Source of the DNA: Bacteroidota bacterium
Lineage (GTDB): Bacteria; Bacteroidota; Bacteroidia; Chitinophagales; Chitinophagaceae
DNA: 64,000 nucleotides
Reading direction: 5' to 3'
NCBI GenBank assembly: GCA_013285855.1
Contig: JABDGW010000003.1
Span: 16,810-80,809 of the forward strand
In this document: one piece after another, positions 19,281 to 28,339 of the stretch
Position numbering within the stretch: position 1 is the first letter of the stretch
Layout: each line of letters begins with the position of its first letter
Notes under the pieces: generated by a model
Database searches by the model: none
The model's input: the letters and a program-made list of their open reading frames with translations, nothing else
What the model was told of the DNA's origin: nothing
Made by a program: the position numbers and the translations under genes

Positions 19281-19949
19281 TTACAGCGCAATCCAAACAC
19301 CAAGCAACTGGCAAAGCACGCCAACAAATAATCCTGTATAAATTTCAGCATTAGAATGATGATTGAGCAAAAGCCTTGCACTGCAGATAATTCCGGTTAA
19401 AAATGTTGCCATCAATATATCAGCGCCTAAAAATGTTTGATACTGTATGCAGGTTAAAACCATAAAAGCGAGCAATGTGCCTGCGCCCATTGCATGCATG
19501 CTTATCTTAATAAAGTTATTTATGATCAGCCCAAAAACAGTATTCAAAAAAATACCGAAATAGAAAAATTTTAATACCTCGGGCTGATCATCAAATGCCT
19601 GGTTTCTGCTTAAATACCACATCCACCAGTAAAATATCATAGTAATGATGTAAGGAATGATGCGGTCTTTTTGTGTGCGCAGAAAAACATTTTCAATAAA
19701 CTTCAATTTCCATAAAAGAAAAACAGAGAAAGCAGGAAAAAATGCGGTTAACCAAAACACACTTATCTTTTTTAAAGCCAGGCTGGTTGGTGTTACATCA
19801 TAAAAATTTGCAGGAAAACGATAAGCGAGCCATAAGAAAATATAAGTTGGAATAAACAACGGGTGAAAAATATACGATACAATCTTCGCAAATATTTTTA
19901 AAACCGGCGGTTGTTCGCCTAAAGTGTTTAAAGCAATTTCCTGTTGCAT
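19281..19949 (-). CDS. Conserved membrane protein downstream of rpoN (PAP2-like C-terminus)
   Basis: SYIFHPLFIP, KISMH, SARLLLNHH..EIYTG; multi-TM. Confidence 0.7.
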   Translation of the reverse strand: MQQEIALNTLGEQPPVLKIFAKIVSYIFHPLFIPTYIFLWLAYRFPANFYDVTPTSLALKKISVFWLTAFFPAFSVFLLWKLKFIENVFLRTQKDRIIPYIITMIFYWWMWYLSRNQAFDDQPEVLKFFYFGIFLNTVFGLIINNFIKISMHAMGAGTLLAFMVLTCIQYQTFLGADILMATFLTGIICSARLLLNHHSNAEIYTGLFVGVLCQLLGVWIAL

Positions 19950-19952
19950 AGG

Positions 19953-21428
19953 TTAAAGTTCTTTACGCAAACGCGCCACAGGAATATTCAGCTGTTCCCG
20001 GTATTTTGCAACCGTACGTCTTGCAATGTTATAACCCTTTTCCTGCAGCAATTCAGTTAAGCGTTCATCGCTCAGCGGCTTTTTTTTGCTCTCTGCTTCT
20101 ACAAGGTCACTCAGTATTTTTTTCACTTCACGTGTGCTTACTTCTTCGCCGCTGTCTGTGCTTAAAGATTCACTAAAGAAAAATTTCAGGCGGTAAGTTC
20201 CATATTCTGTTTGCACAAATTTGCTGTTGGCAACACGGCTTACAGTTGAAATATCAAGCCCGGTTATTTCAGCAATATCTTTTAAGATCATCGGCTTCAA
20301 CGTAGTTTCATCACCTGTAAGAAAAAAATCTTTTTGATAATGCATGATGGCGCCCATTGTACTAAGCAAAGTATTTTGCCTTTGCTTTATCATATCAATA
20401 AACCATTTGGCCGAATCTATTTTTTGCTTAATGAAAAGCACCGCTTCTTTCTGGCGTTTATCTTTTTTTGAACCGCGGTCATATTCCTTCAGCATTTCGC
20501 GGTAGCCTTCGCTTATGCGCAGGTCAGGTGCATTTTTTGAATTGAGTGTAAGCTCTAATTTGCCTGCGTTATTTATAATAAAAAAATCCGGGATAATATA
20601 ACTTTCTGCTTTGTTTACTTCACCAACATTGCCGCCGGGCCTGGGGTTTAATTTCAGAATTAAATTGATAACCTCTTTCAATTCATCATCAGTAATATTT
20701 AAACCGCGCTGAATTTTTTCGTAATGCTTCTTGGTAAATTCATCAAAATATTTATCAACTATTTTTATGGCAAGCGCAACATCTCTGCCATCAGCCTGCT
20801 GCCGCACTAACTGAAGCATTAAACATTCCTGCAGATCCCTGGCACAAACCCCCGGCGGATCAAACTGCTGTATCAGTTTTATCAGTTCCTCAATCTCTTC
20901 TTCTGAGGCATCTACATTTTGCCTGAATGCAAGGTCATCAACTATTGAACTCAGTTCACGCCTTAAATAGCCATCATCATCCACGCTGCCAACAATCTGC
21001 TCTGCAATTTTAAATCTTCTTTCATCAAGCGAAAGCATTCCCAACTGGTCAATCAGCAGATCATGTAAAGTTGTTTCAACGCGCAATGGAACGGTTTTCT
21101 GTTCTTCATTATCACCATAATTTTCATCACGCAGTTTATAATCTGCCACTTCATCATCACCATCGCTTACATAATCAGAAATATCTATATTTTCATATTC
21201 ATCTTCACTGCCATCATAGTCGTCTTCCGCGCTGTCAAATTCTTCAGCATGCTCTTCAAAATCCTCACCACCTTCTTCAGTTACTTCAAGTGCAGGATTT
21301 TCTTCCAGCTCCTCTTTAATTCTTTCATCAAGATTTGCTGTAGGTATTTGCAGCAGCTTCATCAATTGTATCTGCTGCGGCGATAATCTTTGTAATAATT
21401 TCTGCTGTAAAGTTTGACTTAATGCCAT
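19953..21428 (-). CDS. rpoN: RNA polymerase sigma-54 factor
   Basis: Q/L-rich region I, ISTVSR HTH, RpoN box ARRTVAKYRE. Confidence 0.97.
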   Translation of the reverse strand: MALSQTLQQKLLQRLSPQQIQLMKLLQIPTANLDERIKEELEENPALEVTEEGGEDFEEHAEEFDSAEDDYDGSEDEYENIDISDYVSDGDDEVADYKLRDENYGDNEEQKTVPLRVETTLHDLLIDQLGMLSLDERRFKIAEQIVGSVDDDGYLRRELSSIVDDLAFRQNVDASEEEIEELIKLIQQFDPPGVCARDLQECLMLQLVRQQADGRDVALAIKIVDKYFDEFTKKHYEKIQRGLNITDDELKEVINLILKLNPRPGGNVGEVNKAESYIIPDFFIINNAGKLELTLNSKNAPDLRISEGYREMLKEYDRGSKKDKRQKEAVLFIKQKIDSAKWFIDMIKQRQNTLLSTMGAIMHYQKDFFLTGDETTLKPMILKDIAEITGLDISTVSRVANSKFVQTEYGTYRLKFFFSESLSTDSGEEVSTREVKKILSDLVEAESKKKPLSDERLTELLQEKGYNIARRTVAKYREQLNIPVARLRKEL

Positions 21429-21497
21429 GCTTTCGGGTTAGTTTAATCAAATATTAAGATGCAAAATAATTACATTACTTTAAATTTACCTGCAAAT

Positions 21498-21806
21498 ATG
21501 AACCTGAAAAAGAAAACATTTCTTGCATTAACTGTTAAATTACTGTTCTCATTCACATGCGCACAGGCACAGGTTTCAAAAGATTCTGCAAATGCTGATA
21601 GTGTTCATTCTATCTCTTTTTATACTACAAATTATTTTGTTGGCAAGCCTGTTTTTCAAAGCCAGTTACCCGGAAATTTTTATGCAAATCAATTGCCTTT
21701 TTTCTGTAGTAAAGAATTACAGGTTCAGAAAGCAGTTGGCATTCCCATAAAATTCAGATTAAGTACAGTTGAATATTGTGATAAGCTGGAAGGGAAAAAT
21801 AAATAA
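21498..21806 (+). CDS. Small secreted hypothetical protein
   Basis: Signal peptide-like N-terminus from ATG 21498; C-terminal PFFCSKE...KFRL...LEGK. Confidence 0.6.
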   Translation: MNLKKKTFLALTVKLLFSFTCAQAQVSKDSANADSVHSISFYTTNYFVGKPVFQSQLPGNFYANQLPFFCSKELQVQKAVGIPIKFRLSTVEYCDKLEGKNK

Positions 21807-21812
21807 ATATTT

Positions 21813-21881
21813 TGTAACCAGCTTTTGTATTTCAATTAAGCTTCGTTGTGTCACTCCCTTGTACAATATATTTTCATGGTA
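21813..21881 (+). repeat. Dispersed element copy A
   Basis: TGTAACCAGC-N18-CTTCGTTGTGTCACTCCCTTGTACA-ATA-TATTTTCATGGTA; core at 21841-21865. Confidence 0.8.
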
Positions 21882-21984
21882 GCATAATTTTACGTCACTG
21901 GATTTGACTGAGAGCAATGCGGACTCAACTCATGATTTCTTTCATTTTTCTGTAAATTCTTAATTTTGACAAAATAAAATTTCA

Positions 21985-22230
21985 ATGAACACAGCATCTC
22001 AAAATATAAATCTTGCAGATTATTATTTTGGATTTTTAAAAAACCTTAATCCAAATAGTAAGCTTGACCTCATTTCAAAGCTTTCGCAATCTTTAAAAAA
22101 CAAAGACCAGGTTGCTGACACATCTTTGCAATCGCTTTTTGGTGCATATAAATCAGAAGAAACTGCTGATGAAATGATTGCAGAAATCAGAAACTCAAGA
22201 GTATTTAACCGCAATATCGAACCGCTTTGA
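21985..22230 (+). CDS. Putative antitoxin (VapB-like position)
   Basis: 81 aa, overlaps the PIN gene by TTGA; LFGAY-SEETADEMIAEIRNSR C-terminus; TAATTTTG element upstream. Confidence 0.7.
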   Translation: MNTASQNINLADYYFGFLKNLNPNSKLDLISKLSQSLKNKDQVADTSLQSLFGAYKSEETADEMIAEIRNSRVFNRNIEPL

Positions 22231-22637
22231 AAAAATATCTTCTTGATACAAATATTTGTATCTATTTCATAAAAGGACTGTTTGAATTAGACAAACAAAT
22301 AAAAGAAGTTGGTGAACAAAATTGCTTTATTTCAGAAATGACTGTTGCTGAATTAAAGTATGGAGTTGAAAACAGTAAGAAACCAGAAGAACTAAGAGTA
22401 ATTATAGAAGCGTTTATTCCAAAATTTTTTGTAATTCCAATTTATAATTCGTTAGACATTTATGCCAAAGAAAAAGCGAAACTAAAAAAGCAAGGTTTGG
22501 TGATTGATGACTTTGATATTTTAATTGGAGCTACTTCTGTTACTAATGAAATGATAATGGTGACAAATAATGTTGACCATTTAAACAGGCTTGATAATAT
22601 AGAAATAGAAGATTGGACAAAGCTTGAAAAGAAATAA
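22227..22637 (+). CDS. vapC: PIN-domain toxin VapC
   Basis: YLLDTNICI, TVAEL.YG, DFDILIGATS, VTNN. Confidence 0.9.
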   Translation: MKKYLLDTNICIYFIKGLFELDKQIKEVGEQNCFISEMTVAELKYGVENSKKPEELRVIIEAFIPKFFVIPIYNSLDIYAKEKAKLKKQGLVIDDFDILIGATSVTNEMIMVTNNVDHLNRLDNIEIEDWTKLEKK

Positions 22638-22736
22638 CACTGCACCCCAACAACTACAATCTTACAATCCATAACAAAATAAATTTCCACGACACTTCTT
22701 CAATAATTTTTATCTTGAAGCACAAACCATTGCTTC

Positions 22737-24227
22737 ATGCCACAATATATTTTGAGTTTCGACCAGGGAACAACCAGTTCACGCAGCATAATATTCGATA
22801 AAACAGGAAACATAATTGCTACAGCACAAAAAGAATTCACACAAATATTTCCTCAACCCGGCTGGGTTGAACATGATGCAACAGAAATATGGAGCACACA
22901 ATTGGGCACTGCTGCAGAAGCCATCAGCAAAGCAGGGTTAACTGTAAATGATATAGCCGCAATTGGCATCACCAATCAAAGAGAAACAACTGTTGTATGG
23001 GATAAGCAAACAGGCAAGCCTTTATACAACGCTATCGTTTGGCAGGACAGAAGAACTGCAGATTATTGCGACTCATTAAAACATCAACATGCAAACTCTA
23101 TTCAGCAAAAAACAGGGTTGATAATTGACGCTTACTTTTCTGCCACCAAACTAAAATGGATACTGGATAACATTAATGGTGCAAGAGATAAAGCAGCGAA
23201 CAATGAACTATGTTTCGGTACGATTGATACATGGTTATTATGGAATCTTACACAAGGCAAAGTGCATGTAACGGATGTAACCAATGCAAGCCGCACTATG
23301 TTATTTAATATTCATTCTTTGCAGTGGGACGATGAATTACTTGCGTTGTTTGATATTCCGGAATCTTTATTGCCGCAGGTAAAAAGCAGCAGTGAAGTTT
23401 ATGGGCACACAGAAAATGTTTTATCTGCAAAAAATATCCCGGTCGCAGGTATTGCAGGCGATCAGCAGGCAGCATTATTCGGACAAATGTGCACGCAACC
23501 CGGCATGATAAAAAATACGTATGGCACCGGTTGTTTTATGCTGATGAATACCGGCGAACAACCAGTTATCTCCGACAATAATTTACTTACAACTATTGCA
23601 TGGCAGGTGAATAATAAAACTATTTATGCATTGGAAGGCAGCGTGTTTATTGCAGGGGCAGTAGTGCAATGGTTAAGAGATGGGTTGCACATTATTCAAA
23701 ATTCTGCTGATGTTGAAAAACTTGCAACAGCAGTTGAAACAAGTGATGGCGTTTATCTCGTTCCCGCTTTTGCAGGTTTGGGTGCGCCATACTGGAACCA
23801 GCATGCAAGAGGAACGATGGTTGGTATAACACGCGGCACAACAGATGCGCATATTGCACGTGCTGCTTTGGAAAGCATCGCATATCAAACTATGGATGTA
23901 ATTAATGCGATGCAGGCTGATGCAAATATTGAAGTAAAAGAATTGCGTGTTGATGGAGGTGCTACCTCAAACAATTTATTAATGCAGTTTCAAAGTGATA
24001 TTTTAAATACAAAAGTTATTCGCCCACGCATTACAGAAACAACTGCTTTAGGCGCTGCTTATCTTGCCGGTCTTGCAGTTGGTTACTGGAAAAATATGGA
24101 GGAGATTTCAACGCAATGGCAGGTTGAAAAAACATTTGAACCGCAAATGCCATCATCACAAAAAAAAGAATTAATTAAAGGCTGGAAACGTGCTGTACAT
24201 GCTACACAGGTTTGGAGTGAAGGTTAA
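22737..24227 (+). CDS. glpK: Glycerol kinase
   Basis: [40 protein letters not shown]. Confidence 0.97.
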   Translation: MPQYILSFDQGTTSSRSIIFDKTGNIIATAQKEFTQIFPQPGWVEHDATEIWSTQLGTAAEAISKAGLTVNDIAAIGITNQRETTVVWDKQTGKPLYNAIVWQDRRTADYCDSLKHQHANSIQQKTGLIIDAYFSATKLKWILDNINGARDKAANNELCFGTIDTWLLWNLTQGKVHVTDVTNASRTMLFNIHSLQWDDELLALFDIPESLLPQVKSSSEVYGHTENVLSAKNIPVAGIAGDQQAALFGQMCTQPGMIKNTYGTGCFMLMNTGEQPVISDNNLLTTIAWQVNNKTIYALEGSVFIAGAVVQWLRDGLHIIQNSADVEKLATAVETSDGVYLVPAFAGLGAPYWNQHARGTMVGITRGTTDAHIARAALESIAYQTMDVINAMQADANIEVKELRVDGGATSNNLLMQFQSDILNTKVIRPRITETTALGAAYLAGLAVGYWKNMEEISTQWQVEKTFEPQMPSSQKKELIKGWKRAVHATQVWSEG

Positions 24228-24341
24228 TAGCAGCAAAGAATTATCATTAAGGGTTATAAATAAACTTTTTTAGAGAGAAGGTATTTGATATTTTCTTCTA
24301 CCTTTAGAATATTCCTTATTTCATCACTTAAATTCAATACT

Positions 24342-24746
24342 ATGAAACTACCAGAGTTAAGAATTGGTAATTATTTTGAGATCCAATCTGCCTACGAAGA
24401 AACAGGCAGTATAGAAAAAATTACAGAGATCGGTAAAAAGCAGGTGCATACAGAAGGCAAATGGGTACGCCTTGACGATCTTATTTCAATCAGCATTACA
24501 GAAGAGATTTTATTGCACATTGGGTTTACACAATTTAACTGGCTTAAAGATTCTTCGGTTTTTGAGTGCAGTTATTTTAAATGCAGGCTTGATGATAATG
24601 GCGTGAATTTGTTTTGTGATAATTTAAAGAATATTAAACCTGTAAAACATTTGCATGAGCTGCAGAATCTTTATTTCGATCTTACCGGTGAAGAACTTGC
24701 AATAGATTTTAATTATATCAAATCATTAAAAATACAAACAGCCTGA
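24342..24746 (+). CDS. Hypothetical protein resembling Bacteroidota phage proteins
   Basis: ELRIGNY...I.ITEEILLHIGF...HLHELQNLYFDLTGEEL pattern; ATG at 24342. Confidence 0.6.
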   Translation: MKLPELRIGNYFEIQSAYEETGSIEKITEIGKKQVHTEGKWVRLDDLISISITEEILLHIGFTQFNWLKDSSVFECSYFKCRLDDNGVNLFCDNLKNIKPVKHLHELQNLYFDLTGEELAIDFNYIKSLKIQTA

Positions 24747-24762
24747 AAATTTTACACGCAGT

Positions 24763-24790
24763 ATAGCCTGTTATAACAGGCTATTTTTTT
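24763..24790 (+). terminator. Rho-independent terminator
   Basis: ATAGCCTGTT-AT-AACAGGCTAT then T-run. Confidence 0.8.
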
Positions 24791-24815
24791 ATCTCCGGCA
24801 AAGCATTTAAATAGG

Positions 24816-25313
24816 TTATCCAAAAGTATTTTCATCAGCGCTTGGGCCATAACTGCCGGGTATAGGTATATCAAGCAATCTTAAGAAAACACCTAACTGC
24901 GCACGGTGATGTATCTGCTGGCTTAAGGCCATTCTTATAATATCAATCTTAGGATCGCTGCTGTAGATTTTTGCTCCGTTTCTCAGCATCCATGGTTTAT
25001 CAAGCAGTTTTTCATTTTCAGGTATTAATGTAGAAAGGCCTTCATTATAACGCTTTTCAAAAAAAGCCAGCAACTCAGCGGTATTATTTATTTCCGGAAT
25101 TTCGTAAGGCTCTGCAAAATCAATTCCATTAGTAGTAAAGGTCATGTGTATCCAGCCAGGCAGGTCTGCAATATGTGTTGCCAGCCTTTTTATATCCATG
25201 CTTTTGGGATGAGGCTTATAATCAAATTTATCATCAGGGATTCTTGAAAGCATATTGCGTGTTGTAGCGCCTTCTTCAGTAAACTGTTTTTTAAAAAATT
25301 CGATGAATGTCAT
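24816..25313 (-). CDS. DinB family protein
   Basis: YKPHPKSM..LATHIA, IHHRAQLGVFLRLLDIPIPGSYGPSADE. Confidence 0.9.
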   Translation of the reverse strand: MTFIEFFKKQFTEEGATTRNMLSRIPDDKFDYKPHPKSMDIKRLATHIADLPGWIHMTFTTNGIDFAEPYEIPEINNTAELLAFFEKRYNEGLSTLIPENEKLLDKPWMLRNGAKIYSSDPKIDIIRMALSQQIHHRAQLGVFLRLLDIPIPGSYGPSADENTFG

Positions 25314-25351
25314 AGTATTTTATTTTGTTGTACAAAGAAACAAACAGTTTG

Positions 25352-25367
25352 TGTCAACCCTATGTCA
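25352..25367 (-). promoter_or_regulatory. Candidate WYL-regulator operator upstream of dinB
   Basis: TGACA-TAGGGT-TGACA on the minus strand, overlapping the WYL gene stop codon. Confidence 0.45.
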
Positions 25368-26328
25368 GCAGCATTTGAGTTTCTTCAATTTTTTTTAGAA
25401 TATTTTCTGCAATGCTTGTAACCAAATCATTCAGTTCAATTGGTTCAACAATTTTAGCCCTGTCTCCAAATAGCATAAACCATCTTGCAAAACCTTCCAG
25501 GGAACCGCTTAAAAATGTCATACGCACATAATCGCCGCGGTTTTCTTCTTTCACAAAACCATTATAATATTTTTGCTCGCCGAAATATTTTACTATACCG
25601 GGTTCAACATCAATTATAACTTTTATCACTTCACGCTGTGCAGATGTTTTATTAATAAATTCCTGCAGAGGCGGGTGTTTTTTTGTAAACGGCTCATCAG
25701 TACAAATAAATTTTTTTATCCTGTCTGTACGAAAATTCCTGTAATCATTTCTCAGCTTGCAAAAAGCAATAAGATGCCAGTGATTGCCGAGATAATAAAT
25801 GCCAACGGGTTCAATTTTGCGATGTGTAGTTTCATTTTTTTCTATCGAAGCATAAGCTATATCTGCAACCACAGCTTCTGCAATAGTTTTTAATATGGAT
25901 TGAAGATGTAATTCAGCAGGCGCCTGGTATTGAAATGAAGGATGTTGTAATACCGCTATGTGTTTTTCAATTTCTTCAATATGATCTTTTTCAGTATATC
26001 TTAATACGGCTTTTATTTTATCAAGCGCTGAAGAATAATATTGTGATGAGCTTGCATCTGTTTTTGACTGCATAAATTTTGATGCAGTTAATAATGCAGC
26101 GGCTTCCTGCCGGTTAAACATTACCGGCGGTAGTTTATAACCTTCCATTAAACTATAACCTGTTCCTGCTTCGCCAATTACCGGCACGCCGGCTTCCTGC
26201 AAAGCATGCACATCACGATAAACCGTACGCAGGCTGATAGAAAATTTTTCTGCAATATCCTGCGCCTTCACCAGTTTGCGTGATTGAAGTTGTATCAGGA
26301 TGGCAGATAAGCGATCAATGCGGTTCAT
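25360..26328 (-). CDS. YafY-family HTH-WYL transcriptional regulator
   Basis: MNRIDRL...SLRTVYRD HTH; WHLIAFCKLRNDYRNFRTDRI WYL domain. Confidence 0.92.
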   Translation of the reverse strand: MNRIDRLSAILIQLQSRKLVKAQDIAEKFSISLRTVYRDVHALQEAGVPVIGEAGTGYSLMEGYKLPPVMFNRQEAAALLTASKFMQSKTDASSSQYYSSALDKIKAVLRYTEKDHIEEIEKHIAVLQHPSFQYQAPAELHLQSILKTIAEAVVADIAYASIEKNETTHRKIEPVGIYYLGNHWHLIAFCKLRNDYRNFRTDRIKKFICTDEPFTKKHPPLQEFINKTSAQREVIKVIIDVEPGIVKYFGEQKYYNGFVKEENRGDYVRMTFLSGSLEGFARWFMLFGDRAKIVEPIELNDLVTSIAENILKKIEETQMLLT

Positions 26329-26329
26329 G

Positions 26330-26884
26330 TTATTCTTCCACTTCGGTTTCAGTTACAATGATGTTGCCTTTTCTTTTTCGTTCGATATAATTAACAAGTA
26401 ATTGATGATTGCCGGTTAAAATTAACCCAACCAATATTTTTACAGAATAAATAATCATGTAGCTATAATCAGGTCTTTTAAAAAGAGCATCACTGACTGA
26501 TTTACTTTGAAAATACAAATAAACAGACCTGCATAACAATGGAATATTATCTGCTATTAGTAAACCACCGATTATTATGATTACAATGCTCAACACAGTT
26601 GAACGATGAATATTTAAAGGGAAATTATCCTGTGTAAATCCCCGGTCTAATTTAAGTTTATCAATTAAAATATCAGTCTTAAAAATAAAATAATACGCTG
26701 CATACGCATATAACGCAACGAACAAAAATGTAAATAAAGGCGCCCAAATTGCATCGCCAAAAGAGTTGTATTGTGTTGATTGTATTACACCTGAAATAAA
26801 CTGCGGAATAGCATCAATAACGTCCTTAATAAAAAATAACCCAATTATTTTTAATACAATGTTGAATAAGCTGCGGGGTGTCAT
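26330..26884 (-). CDS. Hypothetical membrane protein
   Basis: Four hydrophobic segments; ATG at 26884 (MTPRSLF) avoids overlap with the EamA gene. Confidence 0.65.
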   Translation of the reverse strand: MTPRSLFNIVLKIIGLFFIKDVIDAIPQFISGVIQSTQYNSFGDAIWAPLFTFLFVALYAYAAYYFIFKTDILIDKLKLDRGFTQDNFPLNIHRSTVLSIVIIIIGGLLIADNIPLLCRSVYLYFQSKSVSDALFKRPDYSYMIIYSVKILVGLILTGNHQLLVNYIERKRKGNIIVTETEVEE

Positions 26885-26967
26885 GTTATGTTTTGATTTA
26901 GGTGTTGAATATAATAATTGCGCACAGAAAATAATGCAATGAAGAGTAATATCTTTATAAAAAAAAC

Positions 26968-27381
26968 ATGTGGTGGATATACGCTTTGCTCTCCGCATTC
27001 TTTGCTTCACTTACGGCAATCTTTGCTAAAATTGGCGTAAAAAATATTGATTCAGACCTTGCAACAGCAATACGTACTGTTGTAATATTGATACTTGCAT
27101 GGGGAATAGCATTGTTTAAAGGTGTAATTCCGGGCATGCAAACTTTTAATAAGCAAAACTGGTTGTTTTTAATTTTATCAGGATGCGCAACAGGTTTATC
27201 ATGGTTGTTTTATTTCAGGGCATTGCAGGTTGGCAAAGTATCACAGGTAGCACCGGTTGATAAATTAAGTGTTGCCTTAACGATTGTTTTGTCTGTAGTT
27301 ATTTTGAAAGAATCAGTTGCAATTAAAGATGTAATCGGCGCTTTATTAATTATCGGCGGAACGTTTGTATTGATATTATAG
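26968..27381 (+). CDS. EamA/DMT family small transporter
   Basis: ALLSAFFASLTAIFAKIG...ATGLSWLFYFRAL...VAPVDKLS. Confidence 0.88.
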   Translation: MWWIYALLSAFFASLTAIFAKIGVKNIDSDLATAIRTVVILILAWGIALFKGVIPGMQTFNKQNWLFLILSGCATGLSWLFYFRALQVGKVSQVAPVDKLSVALTIVLSVVILKESVAIKDVIGALLIIGGTFVLIL

Positions 27382-27384
27382 AGT

Positions 27385-28200
27385 TTAATAAGACTCGGTA
27401 TCTGAAGGAAATGAATTTGTTTTCACATCATTTACATATTGCTGCACTGCATTTGTTACCTGTTCATACATATTAAGATACTGACGAAGGAATCTCGGCT
27501 TAAACTCAGTATTAATGCCCAACATATCATGCATTACCAAAACCTGTCCATCACAATATTTGCCGGCGCCAATACCAATTGTTGGTATGCTTAAACTTTC
27601 TGTAACTTCTTTTGCAAGCTGCGCAGGAATTTTTTCAAGCACTATTGCAAAGCATCCGGCTTCTTCCAAAAGCTTTGCATCGTTGCGTAACTTATTGGCT
27701 TCTTCTTCTTCTTTTGCACGCACATTGTATGTTCCGAATTTATAAATGCTTTGCGGCGTTAATCCTAAATGACCCATAACAGGTATGCCAGCAGATATAA
27801 TGCGCTTTACACTTTCCAGCACTTCTTCTCCGCCTTCTAATTTAATTGCATGTGCACCTGTTTCTTTCATAATGCGTATAGCTGAAGCCAATGCTATTTC
27901 AGAGTTAGACTGATAAGAACCAAAAGGCAGATCAACCACAACAAGGCAACGGTTTATACCACGAATAACAGATGATGCATGATAGATCATTTGCTCTAAT
28001 GTAATTGGCAATGTTGTTTCATGGCCGGCCATTACATTGCTGGCACTATCACCAACCAGTATTACATCAATGTTTGCGTTGTCAATAATTTTTGCAAAAG
28101 AAAAATCATAAGCAGTGAGCATAGAGATTTTTTCTCCATGTTCCTTCATTCTTTGCAATGTGTTGGTGGTAATTTTTTTGATTTCTTTTTGAACAGACAT
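27385..28200 (-). CDS. panB: 3-methyl-2-oxobutanoate hydroxymethyltransferase
   Basis: [36 protein letters not shown]. Confidence 0.97.
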   Translation of the reverse strand: MSVQKEIKKITTNTLQRMKEHGEKISMLTAYDFSFAKIIDNANIDVILVGDSASNVMAGHETTLPITLEQMIYHASSVIRGINRCLVVVDLPFGSYQSNSEIALASAIRIMKETGAHAIKLEGGEEVLESVKRIISAGIPVMGHLGLTPQSIYKFGTYNVRAKEEEEANKLRNDAKLLEEAGCFAIVLEKIPAQLAKEVTESLSIPTIGIGAGKYCDGQVLVMHDMLGINTEFKPRFLRQYLNMYEQVTNAVQQYVNDVKTNSFPSDTESY

Positions 28201-28339
28201 CTGAATAAAATTTGTAGTGAAAAAACTGAATATGGTCCTGCGTTAGAATAAAACATATCCAGATGTCAAAGTGCAAATATGCTTAAAGTATCAGAATTAA
28301 ATCATTACTTCTTATAATAAATTAAACTGCCGCTCTCAG

